A stretch of DNA of 63,239 nt, filler included, from Octopus bimaculoides (taxonomy: Eukaryota): NCBI RefSeq assembly GCF_001194135.2. It is 7 parts of 6 records of this genome, joined end to end, with 100 filler letters (N's around TTAATTAATTAA, not from the genome) between each part and the next. Parts side by side here need not be neighbours in the genome. Positions count along the whole stretch, not along the records: positions 45,059 to 56,530 come from NC_068982.1; positions 56,631 to 60,577 come from NC_069010.1; positions 60,678 to 63,239 come from NC_068996.1; 4 more parts are not named here. One strand, written 5' to 3'. Each line of letters begins with the position of its first letter. Positions within the stretch are counted from its first letter, which is position 1. The position numbers and the translations under genes are program-made. Below, piece by piece: positions 52,401 to 63,239 of this stretch. Under the pieces are notes generated by a model, which was given only the letters and a program-made list of their open reading frames with translations, had not been told where the DNA came from and made no database searches.

Positions 52401-54632
52401 TGTTTTGAATTACTACTTGCACTAAGAACAAAATTTATAAATTTCCGTGCTACAGCCATGTTATAATTTCCCTTTTAATGTTTCAATCGAAGATCGAGCG
52501 TGTGTTTTGCTTTAAATAATATTATTTCCAAAATATAGTTTCTGAATTAACTTATTCTAATTATCTCATTGATAACGATATTTCTTTAAAAGTGTAGCTG
52601 ATACATTTGCCCATTTATCAAAATTAGAGACAAAAGAGCTCATTTGAATTTCCGCACAAACTTAAAGAGCACCTATTTATTTCCTTAATTATTCTTCTCC
52701 TAAATATTTCGTCTTGATTTCGTTAAATGTAAAAGTGAAACGGCAGAATGAATAATGTAGTTAACTACTAAATTAAGGTAGTGAGTTAATACTCTTTGTA
52801 CGTATAAAAGGTATTAAGAACAAATATTTGGTCGGCGGGGAGGATGAATGTTACCAGCATTAGTTTAAATTTCTATACAGAGAGAAGTAAAACTAAGAGT
52901 ATAGAGTGTTTGTTTGCAACTGGATAAGCCAACCTCTGACTGCCATGTTTTGACTAGAGATAAAGTGTTTCACTAGTAACGGAATACGAAATGTCTGCCT
53001 TTCGCTGGGCTTTAGCAACTTGACCAGAAAGAAATATTATTTATATTTACAGCAAAAGCTTTAGAGCAAGAGATATACTCCCAGAAAGTCGAGATTACCA
53101 TGTAGTTTTAAACCAGCTATTTTATTAATTAGTCAGAGAAAAAGAGAAGCGCCCATTACCTTTTCCAGACTCTCCGACACTAGTGGGAGAGGAAGAAAGT
53201 TAACTTCAGATCAAATACCTGCAACAGACTGGTTTATTTTAAAATCACCAAAGGTGGTTGAGCTAAATCAGTCAATGTATTAAGTCTTTCACCGAACAGG
53301 CTTCCACTTAGTTTCTGTCCATCTACTTTTATTTGCGATGTATTGCTCGTTCTAAGGCTTTAGTAGAAGACATTATATCAATGTCCATGGTAGAAGATAT
53401 ACCAAATACAAAATTGAGTAGACGCAAAAAAAAAACATCTTAACTACATAACTACTCCTTTTTCCTTAGATCTTGTTAGCATAAAAAATATGCTTTCTGA
53501 GCTTTAGCCACCACGTGCATTTGCGGTTTTAGAGATCTTTTATGCTAAAATATTGAGCAAGTCTGTTTCACTTTAATCAGTATTGGCATTGTTCTCATCC
53601 CACTTCTTTAATTATTTTGAATAACAATACAACAATCAAACTACTAACAGTTGAAAACTAATGTTTTTATGGGTTATGAAACATTACTTAAACAACAAAA
53701 ACCAAATGTTAAAATATGCTGACTTTTCTTTGAAACACTAGGCCGATGAGGAAAAGCCAGCCATGTTGAAATCATCTTGCTTTGAAGTAGCCACTCTAAA
53801 TATAAATATTTAAGACATGAGTCGATATATTTTTCTTTCTTGTAGAAGCTGAGAGAAACTTATAAAATTTATGAGAGAGAGAGAAGAGGAACACTATCTC
53901 ACAATGAAGTGAAATTAGATTTTTGTAGTTGAAAATTTCAGTAATAGAAGACATTCAAAAACCACATTTTGATCTTAATATATATATTTACAATATTAAA
54001 TCTCTGAGCGAGAAGTAAACAGTAGCAACACGAAATCGTGAAGTATATTTGCCAACCAAATGTGGCGGTCCCATAGAGGACGATGCTACTATTGTTTTTT
54101 GCCCCAGGGGAAATCTCCTCCAGCCAGCTTACGACATACTATCTGTGTCTGATTAGTATAATATAGAAATTAAACTTTTTTAAGAATTTTGAAGACAAAG
54201 TAGCCTCAAATAATTGCTTTCTTTTAGTAAAAGTTACATAATTCTATCTTATTAATAAGCTGTTTTCTTCATTATAATATATGTATGTATTTGTAAGAAT
54301 ATGACTTGTGAGTCTAATTATGCCCTTAGATATAACTTTGACCAGCCTATAGCACAAATTAAATCATGTTGCAAACCGTTCGCCCACTGTGAAGAGACCA
54401 GGATCACACAATGTGGTTTCTATTAAAAACCACTGCGATAGAGAAAAAAAACGTTCATTATATATTCGTACATACACACACACACATAAACATACATATT
54501 TACAAATATACACATATAAACAGATAGTACATATACGCACACGCATGTGTGCATACATTCAAACGCCTACACATATACACATATATGTACATACACAAGT
54601 AGTGACGTTATCAGACATCTGTGCATGTGTAT

Positions 54633-54679
<47 letters not shown>

Positions 54680-54981
54680 TCAAAATATACACAGGAACAT
54701 GTTTGTTTAGTTGGTTTGAATGAAAGCAATTAGAAGTTGCCATCGAGATCTAAAGACAAAGGAAACACCGCCTTTTTATGACTCACACACAAGTCGAGAG
54801 ATCCTCACACAAATTCACCAAGTTTCTGCCGTCAAAAAGGCGATTGACTGTGACGGTATGCCGCAAGGATTTGAAACCACTTCCTGGTTAATGACACCTC
54901 CTAATTGTTTTCTGATGTATCGCTTTTACTTTGCGTTAAGCCATTGTTTAATCATTAGGGTAGAAAACAGAAATCATAACA

Positions 54982-55014
<33 letters not shown>

Positions 55015-55018
55015 GCGT

Positions 55019-55071
<53 letters not shown>

Positions 55072-55494
55072 NNNNNNNNNNNNNNNNNNNNNNNNNNNNN
55101 NNNNNNNNNNNNNNNNNNNNNNNNNNNNNNNNNNNNNNNNNNNNNNNNNNNNNNNNNNNNNNNNNNNNNNNNNNNNNNNNNNNNNNNNNNNNNNNNNNNN
55201 NNNNNNNNNNNNNNNNNNNNNNNNNNNNNNNNNNNNNNNNNNNNNNNNNNNNNNNNNNNNNNNNNNNNNNNNNNNNNNNNNNNNNNNNNNNNNNNNNNNN
55301 NNNNNNNNNNNNNNNNNNNNNNNNNNNNNNNNNNNNNNNNNNNNNNNNNNNNNNNNNNNNNNNNNNNNNNNNNNNNNNNNNNNNNNNNNNNNNNNNNNNN
55401 NNNNNNNCTCTCGCTCGTTCTCTCTCTATTTCTCCCCTTCTCTCTCCACATACGCGCAAAATATGTGTATTTTTGTATGTACATATATACGTCA

Positions 55495-55554
<60 letters not shown>

Positions 55555-57009
55555 GTTTATACGTACATATATACATACGTGTGTATGTATATGTATATAT
55601 ATGTATATACATACATATATATACATACGATATTTAACATAAACAAAGGTGCCTCCAACGGCGCATAGCAGCAAGAGTTCACCAAAGTATACTTTATTCT
55701 GCTACATAAATCCTCCAATGCGACCTAATTAGTCGTTATGAAGTAGTTAGTATTATTTCTAAAATCTGTATTTGATTAAGCAATATGGCAGCTAGTTAAA
55801 ATAAATAAACATTTAACTCCATTCACATCAGTCTCTTCTATGAAAACAGAGATTCGGAATTATATATAAAAGATGAGAAAGACAGTCACTCAACATAAAG
55901 TACTCATGAGTTTTTCTAATGTACTTCTATGAATTAAGTACATGAGCCAAATGTACTCGGTCGTCCGACACAATGTATAGCGTTGTCCAAGAAATACTAT
56001 TCCTGCTTAAAAATTGGACCGCTCTAGGCTGGATTTACCAATGTATATGTGTGCGTGTGTTTATATATGTATATGTATGTATGTATGTATATATATATAT
56101 GTGTGTGTGTGTGTGCGTGTGTGTGTGTGTATGTATGTATATAATGTATATATGTATATAACTAGCCTGTATGGTCTGGCTAAGTCAAAATGTTTTTTTT
56201 TGTATTCCTCCTTTCTACTTGGAGAGTATAGATTTAATTATAAAAATATGTCCTTCTGTTCAAATTTAATTTCATTAAATTTCTAAATTTTTATGTCTTT
56301 GTGCAGCTGAAGATTGCTCTACAGTTTATATTTGATGTTATGTTTACATTGTTCAATTAAATGGAGTCGCAAGAAACGATCGTACTGCATTACCTCTGGA
56401 TATTCTTGTTGCTTATTTTGATATATATATATATATATATATATATACAGCAATCCCCGAACTGGAATGCACTGCACAGTATCAAAAGTCCCATTTTCTC
56501 CATCTGGGATACGAACCCAATATTGTAATANNNNNNNNNNNNNNNNNNNNNNNNNNNNNNNNNNNNNNNNNNNNTTAATTAATTAANNNNNNNNNNNNNN
56601 NNNNNNNNNNNNNNNNNNNNNNNNNNNNNNAATCTCCCTGCTTCTCCTTATGATGATATCGAAAATTCACCGAAACCTGAGAAAAAAGGTAAGGAACACA
56701 ACTTTTCCTCTTTTCTAATGGAGTGCGTGAGAATATGTGGTGGTGGTGAGGACGTGTGGAGGGTGGTGGTGGTGGTGGAGGTGAAGACGTGTGGTGGTGG
56801 TGGTTGTGGTCGAGGCCGTGATAGTGGTGGTGATGGTAGCGTGTAGTGGTGGTGGTAGTGGTCGTGAAGGTGTTCGTGGTAGTGGTGGTGTTCGTGGTGG
56901 TGGTGTCCGTATGTGGTAGTGATGACATGTATGGTTATCATCATCGTTTTCTGGTTAGTTTAAATCATTCGTAGTTTTGCAATTTCAATAATGTAATTAT
57001 TACCTTATG

Positions 57010-57326
57010 ACATTGTAGGGTAGGTGTGAGAGGCCACATCTGGCTACTTTACACAGAAAACGGGTAGAATAGTTGGGCTGGATATGGCAGGTTTAAATGT
57101 TAAAGGGTTAACCCTTTAGTATTCAGATCACTTTGTCAAATGTAATGCTCATTTATTCATATTGTTTTGAATTAATCACGCATTATCTCGGTTTTGATGA
57201 TGTGATTGCATTGTTTTAGAATGACATTGTAGGGTAAGCATGAGAGGCCGGATCTGGCCAGTTTGACCACAAAAAGCAAGGTAGAGTATTTGGGCTGATT
57301 ATGGCCAGTTTAAATATGAAAAGGTT
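57010..57326. mobile_element. Two head-to-tail piggyBac-like MITE copies sharing a TTAA
   Basis: Junction AAAGGG-TTAA-CCCTTT with TTAA at 57108-57111. The segment ATGACATTGTAGGGTA..TGAGAGGCC..ATCTGGC occurs twice. Confidence 0.7.
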
Positions 57327-57368
57327 CAATTACAAGCTTAATGTTTATTAATTTTTATGCTATTTCAG

Positions 57369-57604
57369 AGAAACTCATAGGTACGGCCTCAAAATATGGA
57401 AGAACCCGGCAACAAAATTCGTCGGGTTCCTATGACGTTACTATTCCAACCGCAACAGTTATTCCTTTTTCAGACAAAAAGATTGACCATACTCTGGAAA
57501 TAGGGTCAATGGTTGAGATCCCTTACAGTAACCAACTAATGTATGGTGTAATCCGATGGATTGGAGATGATGAAAATCTCGGAAAGATTGTAGGCCTGGA
57601 GATG
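57369..57604 (+). CDS. CYLD: Exon of a CYLD-like deubiquitinase, N-terminal half of a CAP-Gly domain
   Basis: Acceptor tatttcag (AG at 57367-68) and donor ATG|gtaagt at 57605. Translation ...IDHTLEIGSMVEIPYSNQLMYGVIRWIGDDENLGKIVGLEM resembles the third CAP-Gly of CYLD (GSMVEV...YGVIRWIG...GLEL). The exon starts in phase 1 and ends in phase 0. Confidence 0.88.
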
Positions 57605-57667
57605 GTAAGTGATATCGACGTTGTTTTAATGTCCACTTTGCCATGCTTGCATGGGTCACATGGAGAT

Positions 57668-57837
57668 TCATCATCATCATCATCATCGTTTAATGTCCGC
57701 TTTCCATGCTAGCATGGGTTGGACGATTTGACTGAGGACTGGTGAAACCAGATGGCTACACCAGCCTCCAATCTAAATTTGGCAGAGTTTCTACAACTGG
57801 ATGCCCTTCCTAACGCCAACCACTCAGAGAGTGTAGT

Positions 57838-57874
<37 letters not shown>

Positions 57875-59012
57875 NNNNNNNNNNNNNNNNNNNNNNNNNN
57901 NNNNNNNNNNNNNNNNNNNNNNNNNNNNNNNNNNNNNNNNNNNNNNNNNNNNNNNNNNNNNNNNNNNNNNNNNNNNNNNNNNNNNNNNNNNNNNNNNNNN
58001 NNNNNNNNNNNNNNNNNNNNNNNNNNNNNNNNNNNNNNNNNNNNNNNNNNNNNNNNNNNNNNNNNNNNNNNNNNNNNNNNNNNNNNNNNNNNNNNNNNNN
58101 NNNNNNNNNNNNNNNNNNNNNNNNNNNNNNNNNNNNNNNNNNNNNNNNNNNNNNNNNNNNNNNNNNNNNNNNNNNNNNNNNNNNNNNNNNNNNNNNNNTA
58201 TATCATCATCATCATCATCATCGTTTAACGTCCGCTTTCCATGCTAGCATGGGTTGGACGATTTGACTGAGGACTGGTGAAACCAGATGGCAACACCAGG
58301 CTCCAATCTAAATTTGGCAGAGTTTCTACAGCTGGATGCCCTTCCTAACGCCAACCACTCAGAGAGTGTAGTGGGTGCTTAAATTGTTTTTACGGCCGGA
58401 TGACCTTCCTGTTGCTAATCCTCGCCTGTTTTCAAGCAAGGTGATATTTCCCCATCACCAGACTTGTTTTTGCTGAATATTGGAAATGAATTACACTGCT
58501 TGTATGACAGGGACATTCATTTACAATTATCGTGCAATGTCAAGACAAGCAGACACACACATACAGACACACATACATACATACATACATATATACATAT
58601 ACAACACACATACACTTTCTTTGCTTCCTGCTACACTGAACTGACATCCTCTCCATCTAACTCATTCCTAATCTTTAATCATCTGTCAATATTTTCTCTG
58701 TAACACACAGACACACACACACACACACATATTCATGCATATACACGCATGCATATTTACACACACACACATATACAGATGCATACATATATATTCATAC
58801 TTGTGCCCGCAGTATGTCTAAGGACTTTCGAGCGAGATCGTTGCCAGTGCTCCTGGATTGGCTCTTGTGCGGGTGGCACATAAAATACACCATTTTGAGC
58901 GTGGCCGTTGCCAGTACCGCCTGACTGGCCCTCGTGCCGGTGGCACGTAAAAGCATCCACTACACTCTCTGAGTGGTTGGCGTTAGGAAGGGCATCCAGC
59001 TGTAGAAACTCT
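57668..59012. mobile_element. Three copies of one dispersed repeat in the CYLD intron
   Basis: (TCA)n-CGTTTAA.GTCCGCTTTCCATGCTAGCATGGG...CCACTCAGAGAGTGTAG at 57668-57837(+) and 58204-58380(+); an overlapping part of the family lies at 58800-59012(-). Confidence 0.85.
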
Positions 59013-59754
59013 NNNNNNNNNNNNNNNNNNNNNNNNNNNNNNNNNNNNNNNNNNNNNNNNNNNNNNNNNNNNNNNNNNNNNNNNNNNNNNNNNNNNNNNN
59101 NNNNNNNNNNNNNNNNNNNNNNNNNNNNNNNNNNNNNNNNNNNNNNNNNNNNNNNNNNNNNNNNNNNNNNNNNNNNNNNNNNNNNNNNNNNNNNNNNNNN
59201 NNNNNNNNNNNNNNNNNNNNNNNNNNNNNNNNNNNNNNNNNNNNNNNNNNNNNNNNNNNNNNNNNNNNNNNNNNNNNNNNNNNNNNNNNNNNNNNNNNNN
59301 NNNNNNNNNNNNNNNNNNNNNNNNNNNNNNNNNNNNNNNNNNNNNNNNNNNNNNNNNNNNNNNNNNNNNNNNNNNNNNNNNNNNNNNNNNNNNNNNNNNN
59401 NNNNNNNNNNNNNNNNNNNNNNNNNNNNNNNNNNNNNNNNNNNNNNNNNNNNNNNNNNNNNNNNNNNNNNNNNNNNNNNNNNNNNNNNNNNNNNNNNNNN
59501 NNNNNNNNNNNNNNNNNNNNNNNNNNNNNNNNNNNNNNNNNNNNNNNNNNNNNNNNNNNNNNNNNNNNNNNNNNNNNNNNNNNNNNNNNNNNNNNNNNNN
59601 NNNNNNNNNNNNNNNNNNNNNNNNNNNNNNNNNNNNNNNNNNNNNNNNNNNNNNNNNNNNNNNNNNNNNNNNNNNNNNNNNNNNNNNNNNNNNNNNNNNN
59701 NNNNNNNNNNNNNNNNNNNNNNNNNNNNNNNNNNNNNNNNNNNAATGTTTATAG

Positions 59755-59902
59755 GATGAAGAGGCTGCCTACTGCAGCAATGGTTACTTCCAAAACATTA
59801 AGCGCTTCAACTGTCCTCCACGCAAAGGTTTCTTTATTGGGCTTCACAAATGTAAAAGGGATCGAAGGTTTGATGAGAAGGAGAAGATTCGCGAGTCAAT
59901 GC
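59755..59902 (+). CDS. CYLD: Next exon of the CYLD-like gene, C-terminal half of the CAP-Gly domain
   Basis: Acceptor tttatag|GAT in phase 0 matches the previous exon. It reads DEEAAYCSNGYFQNIKRFNCPPRKGFFIGLHKCKRDRRFDEKEKIRESM, similar to CYLD DE..GCTDGTF.G.RYF.C..KKALFV.L..CRPDSRF. The donor is most likely C|gtacgt (59903); CAG|gttcac (59916) is an alternative. This frame is not in the ORF track. Confidence 0.85.
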
Positions 59903-59916
59903 GTACGTATCACAGG

Positions 59917-59953
<37 letters not shown>

Positions 59954-60070
59954 TCTCTTACTGATTCTTTCTCTCTCTCCCTTTCTCTCTGTCTCTGATT
60001 ATTTCTCTCTTTCTCACTCGCTCTCTCTCTCTCTATCTCTCTCTCTTTCTTACTGATTATTTCTCTAGAC

Positions 60071-60132
60071 ATGCTGTCTTCACTTCAGCTAAGAAGCTAT
60101 TAGTAGCTTCTAAGCTGAAGTGAAGACAGCAT
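60071..60132. other. Near-perfect 62-nt palindrome (hairpin)
   Basis: 29-nt arms (60071-60099 / 60104-60132) with one mismatch and a TTAG loop. Confidence 0.9.
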
Positions 60133-60687
60133 ATTCTTTGTCTATCTCCTTACCTTCTTGGAGGTCTTAGGTAAAATTATACTAATGTGTCCACCTGTTT
60201 TAATTTAATTTAATTCTATGTCTTTATGCAGCTGAGGATTGTTCTGCATTTAAATTGATGAAATGGTTGCGTTGTTCTACCAGCCTCTTTTGCCGAACTA
60301 CTAAGTTGCAGGGACATAAACACACCAGCATCGGTTGTCAAGTGATGTTGGAAGGGGGGACAAACACAGACACACAAACATATACACACACACATATACA
60401 TATATATACGATGGGCTTATTTCAGTTTCCGTCTACCAAATCCACTCACAAGGCTTTGGTTGGCCCGAGGTTATAGTGGAAGACACCTACCCAAGGTGCC
60501 ACGCAGTGGGACCGAACCCGGAACCATGTGGTTCGTAAGCAAGCTACTTACCACACAGCCACTCCTATGCCTATATANNNNNNNNNNNNNNNNNNNNNNN
60601 NNNNNNNNNNNNNNNNNNNNNTTAATTAATTAANNNNNNNNNNNNNNNNNNNNNNNNNNNNNNNNNNNNNNNNNNNNTACATACATA

Positions 60688-61555
60688 CAGGGTGCCTAAG
60701 ATATTTGAGGACAAATTTATGTTTATAAAAAAAACAGTTACATGATAACAGATAACTTTGTTTATCAAAAAATGTTATGAGGATAAAAATAAACCTTCTT
60801 TTCCATAATGTTATTCAATAAAGCCACCTTCAGCTTCAACATCTGCTTCTATATGAGATCTAAATCATCTACATGCTCCAATCAAGTGGTCCTGCTTCAT
60901 TTTGCACATTAATCTGACAATGACAGCTTTCCAAGAATCTTTGGTGTTATGGAGATCTGGAGAAGCCAAATGTTAAGGGTTATGTGATCATGAAAATTTT
61001 CAGCCATCCATTCCTGTGTTACTAGAGCCATGTGTGATAGTGCAGAGTCTTATTGAAAAAACATATGGCCTTCCATTGCATACACTGTCTATCCAGGGCT
61101 TAATAATTATTTCCAGGATCTCAATGTAGGTGGCAGAGTTAACTCTAAGGCCTTGTGGAAAGAGGTAAGGAGGAATCACATCCTTCATTGCTAACAACCC
61201 CTAAAACCATGACAGTTGCAGGAGATTTTGTATACATAACACTTGGAATTTCAGAAGGGTCTTCACATAACCATCTGTCATTTCTTCTGTTGACTTTTTA
61301 ATCTTGGTTGAAGTTTTCCGCGTTTGAGAAAAAACAAATCAAATCTTCTTCTGCTGGATTTTTCAGTTTGTTTCAGAGCCTTTTAGATCTGATGTAGTGA
61401 TTTCCTTTTGCTTTTTCTGACAAATTGAACTTTCCTCATCATATAAGACATATTTGATGTCTTCATGGACATCATTTTTGACTGTTCCTTCTGACACACA
61501 GAGATCTTTTGCAATTGACCATGGACTTTCTGGGATTGTAATCAATGGTTTGTTG
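60688..61555 (-). mobile_element. Degenerate Tc1/mariner-superfamily transposon
   Basis: TA|CAGGGTG terminus at 60688. Frameshifted transposase: SIAKDLCVSEGTVKNDVHEDI; FPQGLRVNSATYIEILEIIIKPWIDSVCNGRPYVF; WMAENFHDHIT..IW (preceding the SPDLNP-like motif); C-terminal EAEGGFIE*. Confidence 0.85.
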
Positions 61556-61834
61556 AATAATAATAATAATAATAATAGCCACAAACTTGTTTACCCTAAT
61601 TTATGACCCTGCAACTGTAATTAACCTTCTGCTATTTGTATCGTCATTGTTAGCATTTTGTTAGTCTCTATGTTCTGAGTTCAAATTCCTTTGAAGTCAG
61701 CTTTGCCTTTCATCCTTTTAGAGTCAATAAAACAAGTACCAGTCGTGCACCGGAGTCAATATAATCAACAAGTCACCCTTTCCCTCATAAATTCAGGTCT
61801 TGTGCTTTTTGTAAAAAGGGTTATTAATCATTAT

Positions 61835-62055
61835 TGATTTGACTCCGGTTTGTACTATGTGGGTAGAAGGTTACTACCTGGAAACTTAGGTATCCACAAA
61901 TTTTCCCTAATCTTTCAAGTTCTGGAAACCCTCCTGGTAATCTTTCCTGACGCTAAGAGGCAAACTTTCTGCTGAAGTTCTACAGAACACCCTATTCCAA
62001 TCTCCTTCAACCATTTGTCTATATCTTTGCTTACAGTTTCCAATGCACCAATTAT
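61835..62055 (-). mobile_element. Second R4/Dong LINE 3' fragment (different subfamily)
   Basis: IIGALETVSKDIDKWLKEIGIGCSVELQQKVCLLASGKITRRVSRT* (stop at 61915-61917), followed by a short 3' UTR and a degenerate AAT tail. Confidence 0.75.
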
Positions 62056-62104
62056 TAAGATAAGAAAATAATGCTAATAATAATAATAATAATATAGCAT
62101 GAGT

Positions 62105-62336
62105 AGAATAAGCTATCCCTATTTTGCAGAAAAATCTCTCAGTGGCCAGCCATGAGACTCAAACTCACACCCCTGTGATTACATGTCAAGTACTTTACTA
62201 TTATGCTAAACTGCCCAGCAACAAATTCTTCTGCAATTTTAGGATATATAAATCTAGCATAATCACAGGGATGTGAGTTCGAATCTCATGGCTGGCCACC
62301 GACAGATTTTTCTGCAAAATAAGGATAGTTTATCCT
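62105..62336. mobile_element. Back-to-back pair of tRNA-like SINE heads forming an inverted repeat
   Basis: Arms at 62105-62181 / 62260-62336; B box GAGTTCGAATC; A-box-like TAGCATAATAG in the - strand copy. Confidence 0.75.
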
Positions 62337-62349
62337 GTCCATGCTATTA

Positions 62350-62625
62350 TTGTATTTTCACTCTAAGAGTTGCCGAAGTATGGAACAAACTGCCGGCATC
62401 AGTTGTTAGTTGTTGGAGCACTGCATCCTTCAAAACTTCCATACTTCCTGAGATTCGCCAACACTACACCTGATTTTCTCCCCTCCATACACACACAAGC
62501 ATGTATCTGACTCATACACTGTTCACTTTCCAGACATTCGTACAATACTGCATATGCTTTATGCACACTTTTGACAAGTTGTAGTGCACCTGAGCACTGT
62601 ATACAATAATTTCATTATTATTATT
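62350..62625 (+). mobile_element. CR1/L2-clade LINE 3' end
   Basis: FTLRVAEVWNKLPASVVSCWSTASFKTSIL matches the typical CR1/L2 ORF2 C-terminus (RV...WN.LP..VV...S...FK..L), followed by a 3' UTR and an (ATT)n tail. Confidence 0.8.
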
Positions 62626-62934
62626 TATACTATCCTGCGTTTGAGAATAAAATTATTTCCTTCTCCGTATCTTTCAATACATCTCAACACTTCTAAAGCA
62701 ACACTTTGTTTGTTGACTTTCAACAGAAGTTGAATTTAAATTATTATTCTTATTATTACTATTATTATCATTATCCTTATTATTATCATAATTAATTTGT
62801 TGTTGTTGTCAATTTTTTTAGTGGGTTTGGGTTTGTAAATATATTTATTGTTGGTTGTCTTCTGTCTCCTACTATCTTGTGCAGCTTGTGAGTTTGAATG
62901 TTGATAATTTATATAACTTGAATATATATATATA

Positions 62935-63239
62935 CTAGCAGTATAACCCGACCTTGTCCGGGTGTGACTTATTACGCCATCTACGATAAGTCTTGCTAGC
63001 TGAAAATCAACTAAAAAAGAAAGCCTTACAACGAAAAAACCCTTATGATGTAAATATGTTCATAATTCAAAAGACGATGAAATTAATAGGGAAAGTCTGA
63101 AGGCTGTTTTGCGTAACATTATTAAGCGTACGTAAATTTCATCTGTGTCATTGGCTATAGAAATGCTTGTGCAAAACAACTTTTTGCGCTGCCCTGATAG
63201 CAGGGTAATCCCTTTTCACAGGAGCTAGGATGGCAATTT
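62935..63239 (-). mobile_element. Helitron-like 3' terminus
   Basis: The - strand reads CCCGGACAAGGTCGGG (hairpin, 62947-62962), then TTATACTG-CTAG|T, the canonical Helitron subterminal hairpin plus CTRR end. The extent to the right is unknown. Confidence 0.6.

Noticed and set aside
57605-57712. Continuation of the 57341-57712 ORF beyond the exon
   Set aside because: It is intronic read-through past the gtaagt donor into a repeat; the ORF's first 9 codons are also intronic.

Overview
AT-rich eukaryotic genomic DNA from a gapped draft assembly: about one-sixth is N, and six gaps carry an artificial TTAATTAATTAA linker. The very high microsatellite density and the tRNA-SINE repertoire suggest a coleoid cephalopod, probably Octopus (inference). 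One protein-coding gene is recognisable: two phase-compatible + strand exons (57369-57604 and 59755-~59902) encoding a CYLD-type CAP-Gly domain. There is weaker evidence for small - strand exons at 26.5-30.9 kb. The rest is mobile DNA: at least four tRNA-SINE families, Tc1/mariner remnants and a MITE, a hAT MITE with an 8-bp TSD, piggyBac-like MITEs, two R4/Dong LINE 3' ends, a CR1/L2 3' end, a Penelope-type GIY-YIG remnant and a Helitron 3' end. The best candidate for something new is a tRNA-headed SINE whose body carries a Penelope-type minimal hammerhead ribozyme (3 copies). In one copy a Dong LINE has inserted into the SINE's internal (TAA)n tract. Almost all long ORFs in the supplied track are microsatellite or N-gap artefacts. 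All calls were made by eye, with no database searches.
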